Assembly (NCBI RefSeq): GCF_004010195.1
Contig: NC_057723.1
Coordinates: 66,707,055 to 66,771,054, forward strand
DNA: 64,000 nt
Direction of reading: 5' to 3'
Source of the DNA: Chiloscyllium plagiosum
Lineage: Eukaryota
The notes under the pieces are model-generated. The model had not been told where the DNA came from and did not search any database. It worked only from the letters and a program-made list of their open reading frames with translations. The position numbers and the translations under genes were made by a program. Below are positions 24,451-36,799 of this stretch, one piece after another (within the stretch, counting starts at the first letter, position 1; the number at the start of each line of letters is the position of its first letter).

Positions 24451-27400
24451 CCCCAAAAGCAATACTTCTGAACTGGATCAAACCAGTTGTTCAGCTAACC
24501 AGCTTCAGTTGACTCAGCAAATTCCTGTTACATTTCTGGAACAAACTACAGTCAGGGGGTCCCTCCTGTCACACAGTAGTAGTGTCCCTACCCCTGATCC
24601 AGCTGGCCCAGGTTCAAGTCCTATTTGCTCCAGGTGTGTAATACCTCCAACCAAATAGAACAGCTTTTAGTTAAAAAACTAATTTAACATTGAAATCAGC
24701 CCTGAATTCAAGTTGAATTACCATATACATCTTTATATTCTGTTTTCGCCAAACCCCAAAGCACTCTCATTTAGCAAAGCAGCACTCAGTGCAGCCAACA
24801 GGCTGAATGGCTTGCTCCAGTTCCTATTATCATTCAATGAAGAAAGTTATTCCTCATTTCTTCTTTTATTGCCTTTCCCCTCCTGCACCATCTCACATGT
24901 AATCTGGATAGGAGCTGGCCATTCAACCACTCCATCATTCAATAGGATAACAATTCCTCTTTGAACACAATAACTGGACCACCCCTGTCCTACTTCTCAC
25001 ATGACTTCAAGTCAATCTCCACTCGTGCTCACTAGGTGGAGTAGGATTTGAACGTATAATCTATAGCTCAGTCATGATTTTACAGCACTGCTTGAACTTT
25101 AGCTAACTAAAGACACCAAAAAAATCAGTGAGCTGCAGGATCTGGCCCCAAATTGCCATTCCTCCACTGATGACTCACCTTCTCTGACAGAAAATAGCAG
25201 CCAAAACCTAGTTCGAGGTTTAACCTGGTGTATTTACTTCAAGCTTTGCTGATTTTCTATAAAACTCAAAGGTGCAAAGATAAATAAATGCAGCAATCAA
25301 TAGGTGTAAAAGTAGTGCCATGATTTCTTGAATCGGTCAACTATTTAGCGAAAATCACAAACAAAAGCAGAAGTTGTAGGGCTGGCAGCATCTGTGAAGA
25401 GAAATCAAAGTTAACGTTTTGGATCCAGTGACCCTTCTTCTGTTTTTATTTAGCAATGTTCTTGCCTAATTTGTCAGTGAAACAGTACAAACAATAACAC
25501 ATATGGAGGCTGAGGGCAAGGACGAAGTGCAAACAATAGAGCTTTCCTCACTAAAACCAAAGTGATTAAAGGAGATTTAAAGTAATTGTTCCACAATGCA
25601 TCACATTAGATTGATCGCAAAACTGAATCCATAGGATTACAGAGCTATGGAACTGTCAGAGGGACAGAAAGCAAAGAGCACTGTACACAATGGGGATCAC
25701 TGCTCATTTGATGATCTATGACTTGGGTATAATTTCAATGTTCATGAATGATAAAACTCAACTGTATTAAATACTGAGGATAACAACAGACATTTGATGG
25801 GCAGAAATGGACAGACATGTAGCAGCTAAAATTAAATACAAGCCAGAAACACTGCCAACTGAGCAATTAAATAGCAAACGGACCATGGAGCATTGTGTCC
25901 AATTCTGCTTTGCTGAGAGCTGGAATTTATTTGACTTGTTTCAAAGATGCAGCGTTGGTTTTGTGGACAGACCAAAATTGTTGCAACTGCTCTTGCAGTA
26001 AAGAAAGTCAAAGACAAATGGTGTTTTAAACCATTAAAGTTGAGAGAACATAATGAGAATTTGTTTCTAATAGCTGAAGAGACAGGGAACTGATTCAAAA
26101 TAACTAAAGACAGCACCAAGAAACTGTTGACATACAAAGAGAGATTAGCATAAAGTGGTCAAAACAAGCTCATAAGCAAACTTTACAAGGACTGAATAGT
26201 TTACGAAATGTATTGGTGAAACAACGAAGCACACAAAGATAGCTTGAACAATCAGTGCAGATTCAATGCTGTCAATTAGTTTGTGTAATAAATGTGGGAA
26301 GAATGTTTCAATTTGCTCAACATACCAAAACCAAGGTCATAAATATATTGCAATTAATTAATTTACATTTGATGGTCGATGGAATGTAGGTGTTTGCTAG
26401 CTGGACCAACATTTATTGCCTGAGGTGGTGATGACCTGCCTTCTTGAACCTGCTGCAGTCCAAGTCCTATAGGAAGACCCACAATGCCCTTAAGAAAGAG
26501 TTCCAGGATTTTGACCCAGAGATACTGAAGGAATTTCTCCCCCACCGCCCACTCATCTGACATCAAGAGTTGGAATTTATTTCCATGTGGAAAGTCAAGT
26601 GTTTGCAAAGATTTGACTTAAATGTATTGGTAGAATCCATCTGGGAGAGCAGGGATCCAAGAGATATCAATCCCCATTTTAACTTAGATGCAATATTCTG
26701 GGGCATAAAGGCAAGCTGGAAGGTCCCATCACAACTCCCCACCCTTCTTTACTTGTTGATTTGGTTCCTCTGTCCAAACCCAGCAGAACCTCTGTATAGA
26801 TTGCAGGCAGGAGACAGATTTCAGTTGAAACACTACAGCTAAGAATCAACGGTTAGTGAGATGAGGGGAAGATTTATGCTGTTGCAGTTGGGAGTAGACT
26901 GGAACAAGGGAGGCCTAAGTTATTTTCTGGGGTCTGGAACAGCATTGATGCTGCACAGCCAGGTTAACTTTTCCTGATAATCATAGAATCCCTACAGTGT
27001 GGATCAGGCCATTTGGCCCAAAAAGTTCACACCGACCCTCCAAAGAGTAACCCACCCAGACCCATTCCCCTACCCTTCTACTCTACATTTGACCCCTGAC
27101 TAATGCACCTAACCTCCACATCCTTTTACTTTAGGCTATCAATTTCTGACTCTGCCAGTATACCTTTTCAGACATTCACGTTGGACAATCCTAACATAGC
27201 CCGTGTTTCAAACTGACATGGTATAAGTGACAGACCGTTCCATCTGTTCTTTCATATGGTCTGTCAGAAGCACTTCCCTCAACTTCAAAATCATTTTAAA
27301 TGTGTCATAAAAACATTTCAAATGACAGGATCCTGCAATCAATCAGAATAACCTAGAATAAGTCTCATCTTACACCAAGTGCCCATTTGGACCATACAGA

Positions 27401-27892
27401 AACTTTATTTCGCAAATCACAATAATGACAACTTCAGCAGAGATGTTCAAATATTTTCCTGAAGGGCTTATGCCCGAAACATCGATTCTCCTGCTCCTCG
27501 GATGCTGCCTGGCCTGCTCCGCTTTTCCAGCAACACACTTTTCAACTCTGGTCTCCAGCATCTGCAGTCCTCACTTTCTCCAAATATTTTTCACTCCAAG
27601 GTCAAATTTGTCTCATAGGGCTTCAAGTCACAAACTCTCAATAGTTCCAATATGCTTTGAATACGTCAGGTTTCTGCTGTTGCTAAGTTTTGTTGTAGAA
27701 TTTATTCAAGGACACAGCTGTAGGCCCATAAAATTCTGACTAGTCATGTCTTAATCTTCAAGGCACAGATCACTACTCACCACAGGACGAAGAAGGGTTT
27801 AATATCCCAGGCAAACCTATGTTGGCTACAAAGACACTCTCAATCAAGATTCTTGTTTCTCTCCCCACCAGCCTAAAGGTCATGCTTACCAT

Positions 27893-28180
27893 TGGGGTGG
27901 CACGGTGGCTCAGTAGTTAGCACAGCTGCTTCACAGCACAAGGGCCTTGGGTTCGATTCCAGCATTTGGTGACTATTTGTGTAGAGTCTGCACATTCTCC
28001 CTGGTTTCCATAGCCCAAAGATGTGCTGGTTTGGTGAAATGGCAGTCCTAACTTGCCCATAGTGTTAGGTGCATTAGTCAGAGGGAAAACAGGTCTGAGC
28101 AGGTTACTCTTCGGAGGGTTGGTGTGGACTTATTGGGCCGAAAAGCCCGTTTCCACACTGTAAGGAATCTAATCTAATCT
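27893..28180 (+). mobile_element. HE1-type SINE
   Basis: Same consensus, with an (AATCT)n tail. Confidence 0.8.
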
Positions 28181-28322
28181 TAAAACTACTAACAAAATGT
28201 TAGGATACCCAGAAACAGAATTTCCAGTTGCTGATGCAACACAAGATTGCATATTACTATGAACACTTGCAGAGAATTTCAGCAGCGTTTCCAAGTAGTC
28301 GTTCAACGCCATCTCATTTTTG

Positions 28323-28538
28323 TTAAAAATCACAACACCAGGTTATAGTCCAACAGATTTAATTGGAAGCACACTAGCTTTCGGAGCGACGCTCCTTCAT
28401 CAGGTGATTGTCACATTCACCTGATGAAGGAGCGTCGCTCCGAAAGCTAGCGTGCTTCCAATTAAATCTGTTGGACTATAACCTGGTGTTGTGATTTTTA
28501 ATTTTGTACATCCCAGTCCAACACCGGCATCTCCGAAT
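28323..28538. mobile_element. Penelope-derived fold-back repeat with two hammerhead motifs
   Basis: Near-perfect arms of about 85 bp; 13-bp TSD CATCTCATTTTTG at 28310-28322 and 28539-28551. Confidence 0.82.
28372..28406 (-). ncRNA. Minimal type I hammerhead ribozyme motif (intact)
   Basis: Minus strand reads CAC-CTGATGA-A-GGAGC-GTC-GCTCC-GAAA-GC-TA-GTG. Confidence 0.7.
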
Positions 28539-28772
28539 CATCTCATTTTTGAGCAGCGTCTGAGAATGAAATGGCCTCATCATTTTCCCCACGAGAAAGA
28601 TTACCATTTCCACCCTCAGTGTTGCAGACTCCATCTTTGCCTCAGCCCACTGAAAACCTCATTCAAAGCCTGCCACCCAGCTTTGTGTTCACCCAGTGTC
28701 ACGATGCCTGCTAATTTACATGATGCAGTGTAAAGCATTCTTGTGCAATGAGGCAATTGTAAAACGAACTGG

Positions 28773-28778
28773 TTTATT
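28773..28778 (-). terminator. NPM1-A poly(A) signal AATAAA
   Basis: TTTATT on the plus strand about 70 nt after the stop. The context GTCATTGTAAATAAACCA is shared with copy B. Confidence 0.75.
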
Positions 28779-28846
28779 TACAATGACAGATAAAATAGAA
28801 GGACAACGTTCACAGCAAATTTTGTGGTGTTACAGCTACAGTTATT

Positions 28847-28894
28847 CTACTTCCCATCCAGCGTCTGTCTCCACGTCCAGAGATCTTTGATCAT
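28847..28894 (-). CDS. NPM1: NPM1-A exon 11 (last coding exon)
   Basis: [15 protein letters not shown]-stop; retains the WxW nucleolar signal. Confidence 0.9.
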   Translation of the reverse strand: MIKDLWTWRQTLDGK

Positions 28895-31800
28895 CTATAG
28901 GACAAAAGAGTATTAACAATCACAGTATGAGAACAGCCATACAACTTAACTGGTGTTCATATTCCTCACCAGCATCATAAATTTCACATCAAGATCTTCT
29001 ATTATTTTTTCCCTCATGAACTTACTGAACTCCCCCATTGCATCTGTTGTTTGATGGATGTGACAATACCATCACTGCCATATGGAACCTCAATGTCAAA
29101 CACGACCAAAACATGACCTGCAGTTTTTCCTTTCTTGAAAAAAAAACAGCCTGACCTACCCTAACTCCCCTGACAATTAAAATCGCTGGGATTTAGTGTT
29201 ACCTGTATAAATGCATTTTGTCCAAATGTTTGTTATATTGTCTCTAAGACTAGAAGTATACACCATGCACTAGTTGAACCAAAGGTTTTTCACAGGATTA
29301 CTGTAACTTCACATTTTGAATTGTATCCATGTATGAATCCAGCCACTTCACTTCTATGGCTTTATTAATCGCAGAGCTACTTAGCAGCCTGGAGACTTTA
29401 GTGAGGCCATTTAGAGTTCAAGGTTTGAGTAAAGATTTGTAGCTCGAGTGCCAGTTCTCATGGTCTGCTTCTGCTGCTTCTGGTAGCTCGTTGTAGTGGC
29501 TGGTGCATTGGACCCAATACACTGGCCATTACAACAAACAACCAGCAACCAGAAGCAGCAGAAACGGAACCAAATAAATTCCAGAAGAGACAGTATGCTT
29601 AAAAGGAGACTGCAAAGCACTGAAGACGTCACTTAGAAAGGGAACAAAATGTCTGCAAATCAACCTCCCAGCTTAGCAAAATACCCATAACCATGTTATT
29701 TACAGTATTTTGGGCAGTTCCGGTTACCACATTTTAAGGACGACATGAAGAAGTATTTAGAAAGGATGCAAAAGAGATAGACACATGAACATTATCCATA
29801 GCATCTTATTTGTTGATCACTGTCCCATCTTGTCAGGTATATCTGTATGCTTGTCAAATTTCACACACACATAAAACTATGAGCAACAGGCAAACCATAA
29901 GCTGGGATAAGAGCCCACTTCAGCTGTTCTATAATGTATTCACAACCCAATAAGTCAACTCACCAACAGCAAAGAAACTTGCAGCAAGCTGCTAGGTTAA
30001 CACATCAACATGGACCGAAAAATTCATGAACAAGGCTGAGGTCAAGCACTCACCTTTGGGTCTTCCACCCTCAAGCCATTTTTCAGGAAGTTTACAAACT
30101 TGGACTCCATTTTGGGCAGACTGACACCCTGTTTAAAAGATTAGAGTCATACTCAGCATACCCACAATACAGAATCTGCAATTTCCAAACAGACACAACC
30201 ACATACCATCCCTGCATTCCAAGTGATAAAACAGCAATTGGAAACATTATATTTTCAATGACAACAATCTTTCAAAACATTATTGAGCTCACTCCATTTA
30301 CGTAAGGAGCTACCACACAATGTTCACTTTTCCTATAACCCAGAAAATAACTGATGGTCAGGGTAGCACATTCCTGATCGTAACTTGTTGCATTCACAAG
30401 AATTCCCTTCCTTCTGATTTTGCTGGTTGCTAAATATATTAATGGAAAGACCTCCACACTTCAAGATCACTTATTCCAATTCAATATCTCAGCTCTAGCT
30501 GCAACACAGACAGAAGTGAGCAAATCACCAACTAACCACCTCATATCCAGAGTGTATTCGGAAAAGGGATAGGATCAGACTTCAATGTAATTCCACCCTC
30601 ATTTAACAGCCAGTCTCCTGCACGGTGAAGAATGGTCATTTGGCTGTATGTTAGTGTAAAACAAAACTTTAAAGGAGCCATTTAACCCAGAAAACAAAGA
30701 GCACTGAAGTACACCATTTCACTTGCATGGTTTTTAATTCTCCATTATAAAGTTTCCATTACACAGATTCCTCACTCAAAACTACCTATAAACGTCAGTG
30801 CTTCAGTTGGTGTACATTAAAGAAACTGTGGTATGTTCCGACAACTCACCTTTTCCAAAAAGGTCTTCAATTTAGTCTTGATTTCTTCTATGGTCAGTGG
30901 AGCCTTGGTGGTTTTGGGGGTTTTGGGTGTTTTGGGTTTACTACTGGATTCCGGAGTCTGGAGTAAAAACAAATTATGAGCACTGTCCTAAGAGCAACAC
31001 TTGCTCCATACACCCTTTCTTAACTTTACAGAGCAAGCACATTGCACAAAGTGGTCCAATTACCCCAGAGACCCACAGCTTATCAGGTCAATTACCAATT
31101 TTCTAGTCTGCATTCAGGTTACAGAATGATGGCAGTTTCAAAGTCAAAGAGCAATGCTAATTAAAACTCATACCATGAACAAAAACAGCATGATGTAAAT
31201 GAAAAGACTGCTCCAAGGTATAAAGGGATCTGGGTGTTCTATTCATGAATCACAGTATGTTAGCATGCAGGTCCAACTAACAAGCAGGAAAACAAATAGA
31301 AGGTTTTTAGTTATTGCAATAGGGATGTAACATAAAAGTAGGGATATTCTTCTACATTTGTACAGGGCACTGTTCAGTCCATATCTGGAACACAGTTGTC
31401 GTCGTCTTATCTTACAGCAGTTCAGAAGTTTACTCAACCGATTACTCGACGAAGAGGTTGATATAGTTGCAACCTCTTCTTATAAGGTAATCAGCATTCA
31501 GAAGAATGAGTGATGATATTTTTGAATGTTATAAGTTGGTGACAGGACTCAACAGGATGGATGCTGTTACATTTTTCTGAAAGTTGTCTTTGAAATTCTC
31601 TTCAAAGGGAGCTGTGAGGTCAGGTCATGGAATTTTTTTTAGAAAAGCAGAGCAGTTAAGATTCTTAACTAAAAAAAGTTGAAGAGCATCAGAACTGGGT
31701 AGAAATGCCCTAGAGGTGATGCTAAGATGCCCTTTTGATCCCATGCAGTCAGTGCAGTATGAAGACTCTCACATTGCCAAGAATCCCTTAGTTACAGCGA

Positions 31801-34543
31801 AGTTCAGGAATTTAATTTCCAATCACTATATTGCACATTTTGGAAAAAACTGCACAGTCCACATGCACTCTCTCTATTTGGAGGATTCCATTGAAGCAGT
31901 CTTGTCAAGTTGCTGCAGTCTTATAGATGCGTGCACGCACATACACACATATTAATGGATATTTAATTATGTTCTGCAGGTAAAACTAGGCAAATGCAAA
32001 GAATTTTGTCACATTCCGCACTAAAGGCTTACAATCATCATTGTTCTTTTCAAATCACACATTATCCCACTTTACAAGACACATAGAAGAAGCAATTCTC
32101 AAACATACCAAGGAAAGGTCTCTAACTTTGGACTGCTTGTTTTCTGGTGTGGATTTGGTGGGTGTTTTGCCATTTTGGTTGGGAGTCCCTTTCAATCCAG
32201 GTGTTGCCTTGAGTGGAGTTTTCTGAAGAGGCTGCAAAGACCATTGAAAAGATACTAACTGGAAAAACTATCGACCGTGTCTTATTAAGACAACACACTC
32301 TCAGATTTTACCAGCCCTAAGTCAAGACACATGGTCTGAAATTTTCCCAGAACCTTTCACTCATGCCTCTTGAAAACCATTAATCATCCTTGCAAATGGT
32401 TAATTTTACAGGCTGATGTCAAATCCTGTCAGGTGATGTCCCCGCACAAAACCTTGGAACTAACTTCATATTTTTGGTGCTCTATTAAAGCAGGTACACA
32501 GAGTGTAGACCCAAGTGACAGTTAGAAGCCATTGGATAGACTACAGGTCCTGTGTCGCAACTGGATCCTGCAGCCATAGCATGTACAGTTGCAGCACCCC
32601 TGACAAGGAGCGTAAAGTCTTCAAAGGCCAGTCTCTAGCTCTTTCAACTTAAGTGCCAGGATTACCTTTTTTGCCGGGGTCATCACTTTCTCATCTTCAC
32701 CTTCATCATCATCATCATCATCATCGTCCTCTTCTTCTCTACAACAAAGAAATGTCTTTCAGTGAGACAGCCACATTTTCATGGTAGTACACAGCCCTTA
32801 CCCTGGAAGATCTCCCATGTGTTAGCTTCACTGTCACACAAATCTGTACCAAGTTTGAATCATTGACATTTACCTACAGCTTCTAACATCATGGGTTTTT
32901 ATGATCTATATGAAGCCAATTTAACCAAACAAATTTATTCAGCATAAAAAAAAACACTGCAGCAGATAAATTTCAAAATTCATAAAGACTTGAACTCTGG
33001 AGTCTGGACTGCAGATTCCTTCCCAAACTGATATTTTGGCACTGGTTCTCATTTTAGCCTCCCTTGTGCTGCTCTCAGATCATTTCAGGGACAAGAGAGA
33101 TCAAGCACTTTTTCACAAAGAGACTACAAAACTTCCTATGAAAGACAACAGGAACGATCACTTAACACTCACTCATCATCTTCATCAGAGTCTTCCACTT
33201 TCATTTTCTTCTGCTGAACAAAAGAAACATTTTAGCACCAAATCATTTTAGCAATTATTGATGCAACTGCAACAAGAAAGAGTGGTGAGAAAGAGAAGGC
33301 AGGGAAGAGGAATATAATGGACAAGGAAGGAAAACATCTTTCGATCCAGACAAGTAAAACTTTTGTACAGATTGTCAGTGTCCACAAATAACAAATAAAC
33401 AATGCACAAACATACAAATCAGTGGGTTTAAGCACTGACTTACTGCATTTCCCTGGCCACTTATGGTGAAATAATACAAGTTATGATGAGAAACACATTA
33501 ACAAGCCATGTGACAAGTTGATCAGTGGGTGCAGCTTTAGCGAAGCCCCCAGCACGCACCGGCAATATTTTGGATGCTGCAGCAGCTGGTCGCTTTACAG
33601 CTTGTTTCGGTGTGGTGGTCTCCAACATGCTGTCATCCTCGACATCCGACTCCAAGTCGTCATCCTCCAATGCTTAAAGTAAAGGATAAAAGGATTAAAG
33701 CCATCCTGATCTCCCCTTCAAAGGCTCCCAACTGCCTCAGAAAACGACAACAAAATCCAATCCAAGAAGTCTTTCTTGACAATTAAACAGCTCACTAGCC
33801 CGCTACCTAACTTTCAACTCCTCCAGCCGAAGTGTAATATCAACAATTTGGTGCCAGTGATACTCCAACCCCTCCCACACTTCGTGGCCATCAGAAATGT
33901 TAATAATGTCCACTTACCAATGAGGTGCTGGCCACTGATGTGCACGGGACCTGTTCCAGATTTGAGCCGAAATGTCACAGGTGGTGCCATTTCAAATCCT
34001 CCCAAACTAACCTGTGTCAAACACAATTAAAAATTACAATAAGTTATTTCTGCTGTGCAAACCCAGCTCTGTCTGTCGATCCTCGGCAAGAGATACAATT
34101 CAAGTTATTTGAAGAATCAAGACTTGGAGACATCAGTGTTGGACTGGAGTGTACAAAGTTAAAAATAACACAACACCAGGTTAGAGTCCAACAGGTCTAT
34201 TTGGAAGCAATAGCTTTCAGAGCTCTGGTCCTTCATCAGGTGGTCGTGGAGAATAAGATTGTAAGACACAGAATTTATAGCAAAGTTTTACAGTTCGACG
34301 TAACTGAAATTATATAATGAAAAAGACCTGGATTGTTTGTTAAGTCTCTCAGCTTTTAGAATGTTCATGCTGGTTTCAGTTCTTTCATATGTAAATTACA
34401 AAACATTGTGGCACAATGGTCAGACTGATTCTAATCTTAAAAAACAGATTTACAGAATCTTACATGAATTCATGCAGTTTTTGAGCAAAGTAAAATGTAA
34501 TTCTGCAAGTACAAATTCACCCCACAAACGTATGTGCGTGTGC

Positions 34544-34579
<36 letters not shown>

Positions 34580-36796
34580 GAGAGAGGGGGGCGGATAGGT
34601 GGGAAGCCTGGGATAAGGTAGGGGAGGGTAAATGAGGATTCCCCCAAAGGATCCTTCCACTTCCGACAGAAATTCTCCTGTACTTCGACAGATATCATTT
34701 ACTGTATCAGTTGCATCCGATAAGGTCTCTCTACATTGGGGAGACGGGACGCCAATTTACGAATTATTTCAGAGAACATCTCTGGGACCGACGCACCCCA
34801 CCACCCCATGACTGATCACTTTAACACCCCTCCCACTCCACCAAGGACATGGAGGTCATGGGCCTTCTCCATCACCAAACCCTAACCACCTGCTGCCTGG
34901 AGGAAGAACGCCTGATCTGCCAACCTGGAACCCTGCAACCACATGGGATCAATGTGGATTTCACCTATTTCCTCATTTCCCCTCCCCCCACCTTATCCCA
35001 GTCCCAAGCCTCCAACTCTGCACCACCCTCTTGACCTATCCACCTTCCTTCCCACCTATCCCTTTCCTTCTCCTCTCCAATCTATCACCTTTCCCCCACC
35101 TTCATCTACCTATCACATTCCCAGCTACCTTGCGCCAGACTTAACCGCTTCCCATTTATCTCTCAGCCCCTCATACCCAAGCCTCATACCCAAAACATCA
35201 TTCTCCTGCTCCTCGGGAGCTGTCTGACCTGCTGTGCTTTTCCAGCACCACACTCTTGACTCTGAACTCCAGCATCTGCAGTCCTCACTTTCTCTTGAGA
35301 TTATGACAGATGCTAGATATAGGTAAAAACAATGACTGCAGATGCTGGAAACCACATTCTGGATTAGAGTGGTGCTGGAAAAGCACAGCAGTTCAGGCAG
35401 CATCAGATGCTAGATATACAAAGGGCAGCCAATTAATATTTATAGACAATGCCCAGTTGCTTTCAACAACATGGTAGGAACCAAAGTGAATTCTAACCAC
35501 AACTAACCTTCCCCCGGAGTGTCCCAATTGTAGTGTGATACATTATTCTTTTTGGTTAATAACTGGATACTCACTGTAGGCTGTATTGACAACTTCAAAG
35601 CTGCCAAAGTCACCTTTGTGTTTTTGCCATCAGAGTTTAAGCCTTCTGCTTCAACCAGATGCAGGTCATCACTTGCCCCAACACCAAGGCAAACCTGTAA
35701 AAGCCAAAGCACAGGAAAGCCCATAAAGGTACCCTCATGTCAGAAATCACAAAATGCAAGCATTAGTACAAAACAGCATTTGCATCGAACATATAGGACC
35801 CTCAAAACACTCAAAGTAGAAGTTTTGACAAACATGCTAGAATTCCCCAGCTTTTCAAAATCAACAAAATATATACACAATGACACCACAATAAAATTCC
35901 CTCAATTATGAAAGGAAAATGCCCAGACTATTAATTCCTCGTCATGCACATGACCGGCACATTTCAATATTGTCTGGACATTCCACACTTCAACATTCAG
36001 ATTTACAGTCATTTGTTCCATTTGCAATGTCGGAAAAAATATGCCCACTGAGCACATTTAAACCTTGTCACCTTAATTAAATCCCTGTGGTGCAAGGAGG
36101 GGGGTTTGGCTACAGATCAGCGTTCATTCGGCACGTTTTTACACACTTTCAACAAGTCAGACAAGTGAGAGGTGCGATAGACACACTCACCGTCCTCAAA
36201 GAAAGCTGATGCTCAGAATCATCATCTTCCACCTCCATCTTGTACTCTTTATGACCAGCCTTCAGCTCACACCCTGAAAAGGATAATATCCCTCAGTCAA
36301 CAAATTCTAGATGTAAACACATGTAATATAGTGCACTCTTCAAAAGCTGAAAAGACAGGTGGTTTTCAGCACTGCCCTATCAGATTGTTATTACAGCTTC
36401 ACCCCCATTAACAATACTGCACTCAGTGCTCATACCTTTTTAAATGCCCTGCATACAGTTTAAATGCCCCTGGAGTTACATTGCAAGCTCCACCGCAGAT
36501 CCTGTTCAATCCCGAAGGCGGGATCCAGTGGATCCATGCTGTGCTATCCACTGGGGGCCCTCCCATCACCCCACCCCACCTTTATTCTTGCCAACGGCCG
36601 CACTCTCAACCGCGGCCTGAGGCCCGGGGCTGCACATGGGTTCCAGCAGGCACATGGGGGCCGGCCCCGCTCCGGGATTCGGGGCCCGTGGGCACGTTCC
36701 TCCTCCTCCTCCGGCGGCCTTACCGAACAGAAAGCTCTGCGGCCTAAGCGACGCGGCCGCCGGCGCCGACGAACTCTCAAACCCAGATTCCGCCAT
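28847..36796 (-). CDS. NPM1: Nucleophosmin paralog A, complete 11-exon gene, 310 aa
   Basis: complement(join(28847..28894,30054..30128,30850..30957,32127..32231,32666..32738,33173..33213,33560..33672,33918..34011,35575..35694,36191..36273,36724..36796)). All introns are GT-AG and the 933-nt frame is open. Contains the nucleoplasmin core (LFGCELK...[11 protein letters not shown]...[10 protein letters not shown]), acidic tracts, a TP-rich basic region and the C-terminal domain [15 protein letters not shown]...DLWTWRQ. Confidence 0.93.
30054..30128 (-). CDS. NPM1: NPM1-A exon 10
   Basis: [25 protein letters not shown]; 75 nt. Confidence 0.92.
30850..30957 (-). CDS. NPM1: NPM1-A exon 9
   Basis: [36 protein letters not shown]; CAG acceptor, GTGAGT donor. 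Confidence 0.9.
32127..32231 (-). CDS. NPM1: NPM1-A exon 8
   Basis: [35 protein letters not shown]; CAG acceptor, GTTAG donor. Confidence 0.88.
32666..32738 (-). CDS. NPM1: NPM1-A exon 7
   Basis: Acidic tract [24 protein letters not shown]; TAG acceptor, GTAAT donor. Confidence 0.88.
33173..33213 (-). CDS. NPM1: NPM1-A exon 6
   Basis: [13 protein letters not shown](E); CAGCAG acceptor, GTGAGT donor. Confidence 0.85.
33560..33672 (-). CDS. NPM1: NPM1-A exon 5
   Basis: (A)[37 protein letters not shown]; AAG acceptor, GTGCGT donor. Confidence 0.88.
33918..34011 (-). CDS. NPM1: NPM1-A exon 4
   Basis: [31 protein letters not shown]; 94 nt. Confidence 0.93.
34120..35405. mobile_element. Cluster of Penelope-like fragments in NPM1-A intron 3
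   Basis: GIY-YIG remnant ([28 protein letters not shown]) at 34650-34980, terminal repeat pieces, and a (TG)n(GA)n microsatellite. Confidence 0.75.
35575..35694 (-). CDS. NPM1: NPM1-A exon 3
   Basis: [40 protein letters not shown]; 120 nt. Confidence 0.93.
36191..36273 (-). CDS. NPM1: NPM1-A exon 2
   Basis: (G)[27 protein letters not shown]; CAG acceptor, GTGAGT donor. Confidence 0.93.
36724..36796 (-). CDS. NPM1: NPM1-A exon 1
   Basis: [24 protein letters not shown](G); GTAAG donor. Confidence 0.9.
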
Positions 36797-36799
36797 TTC

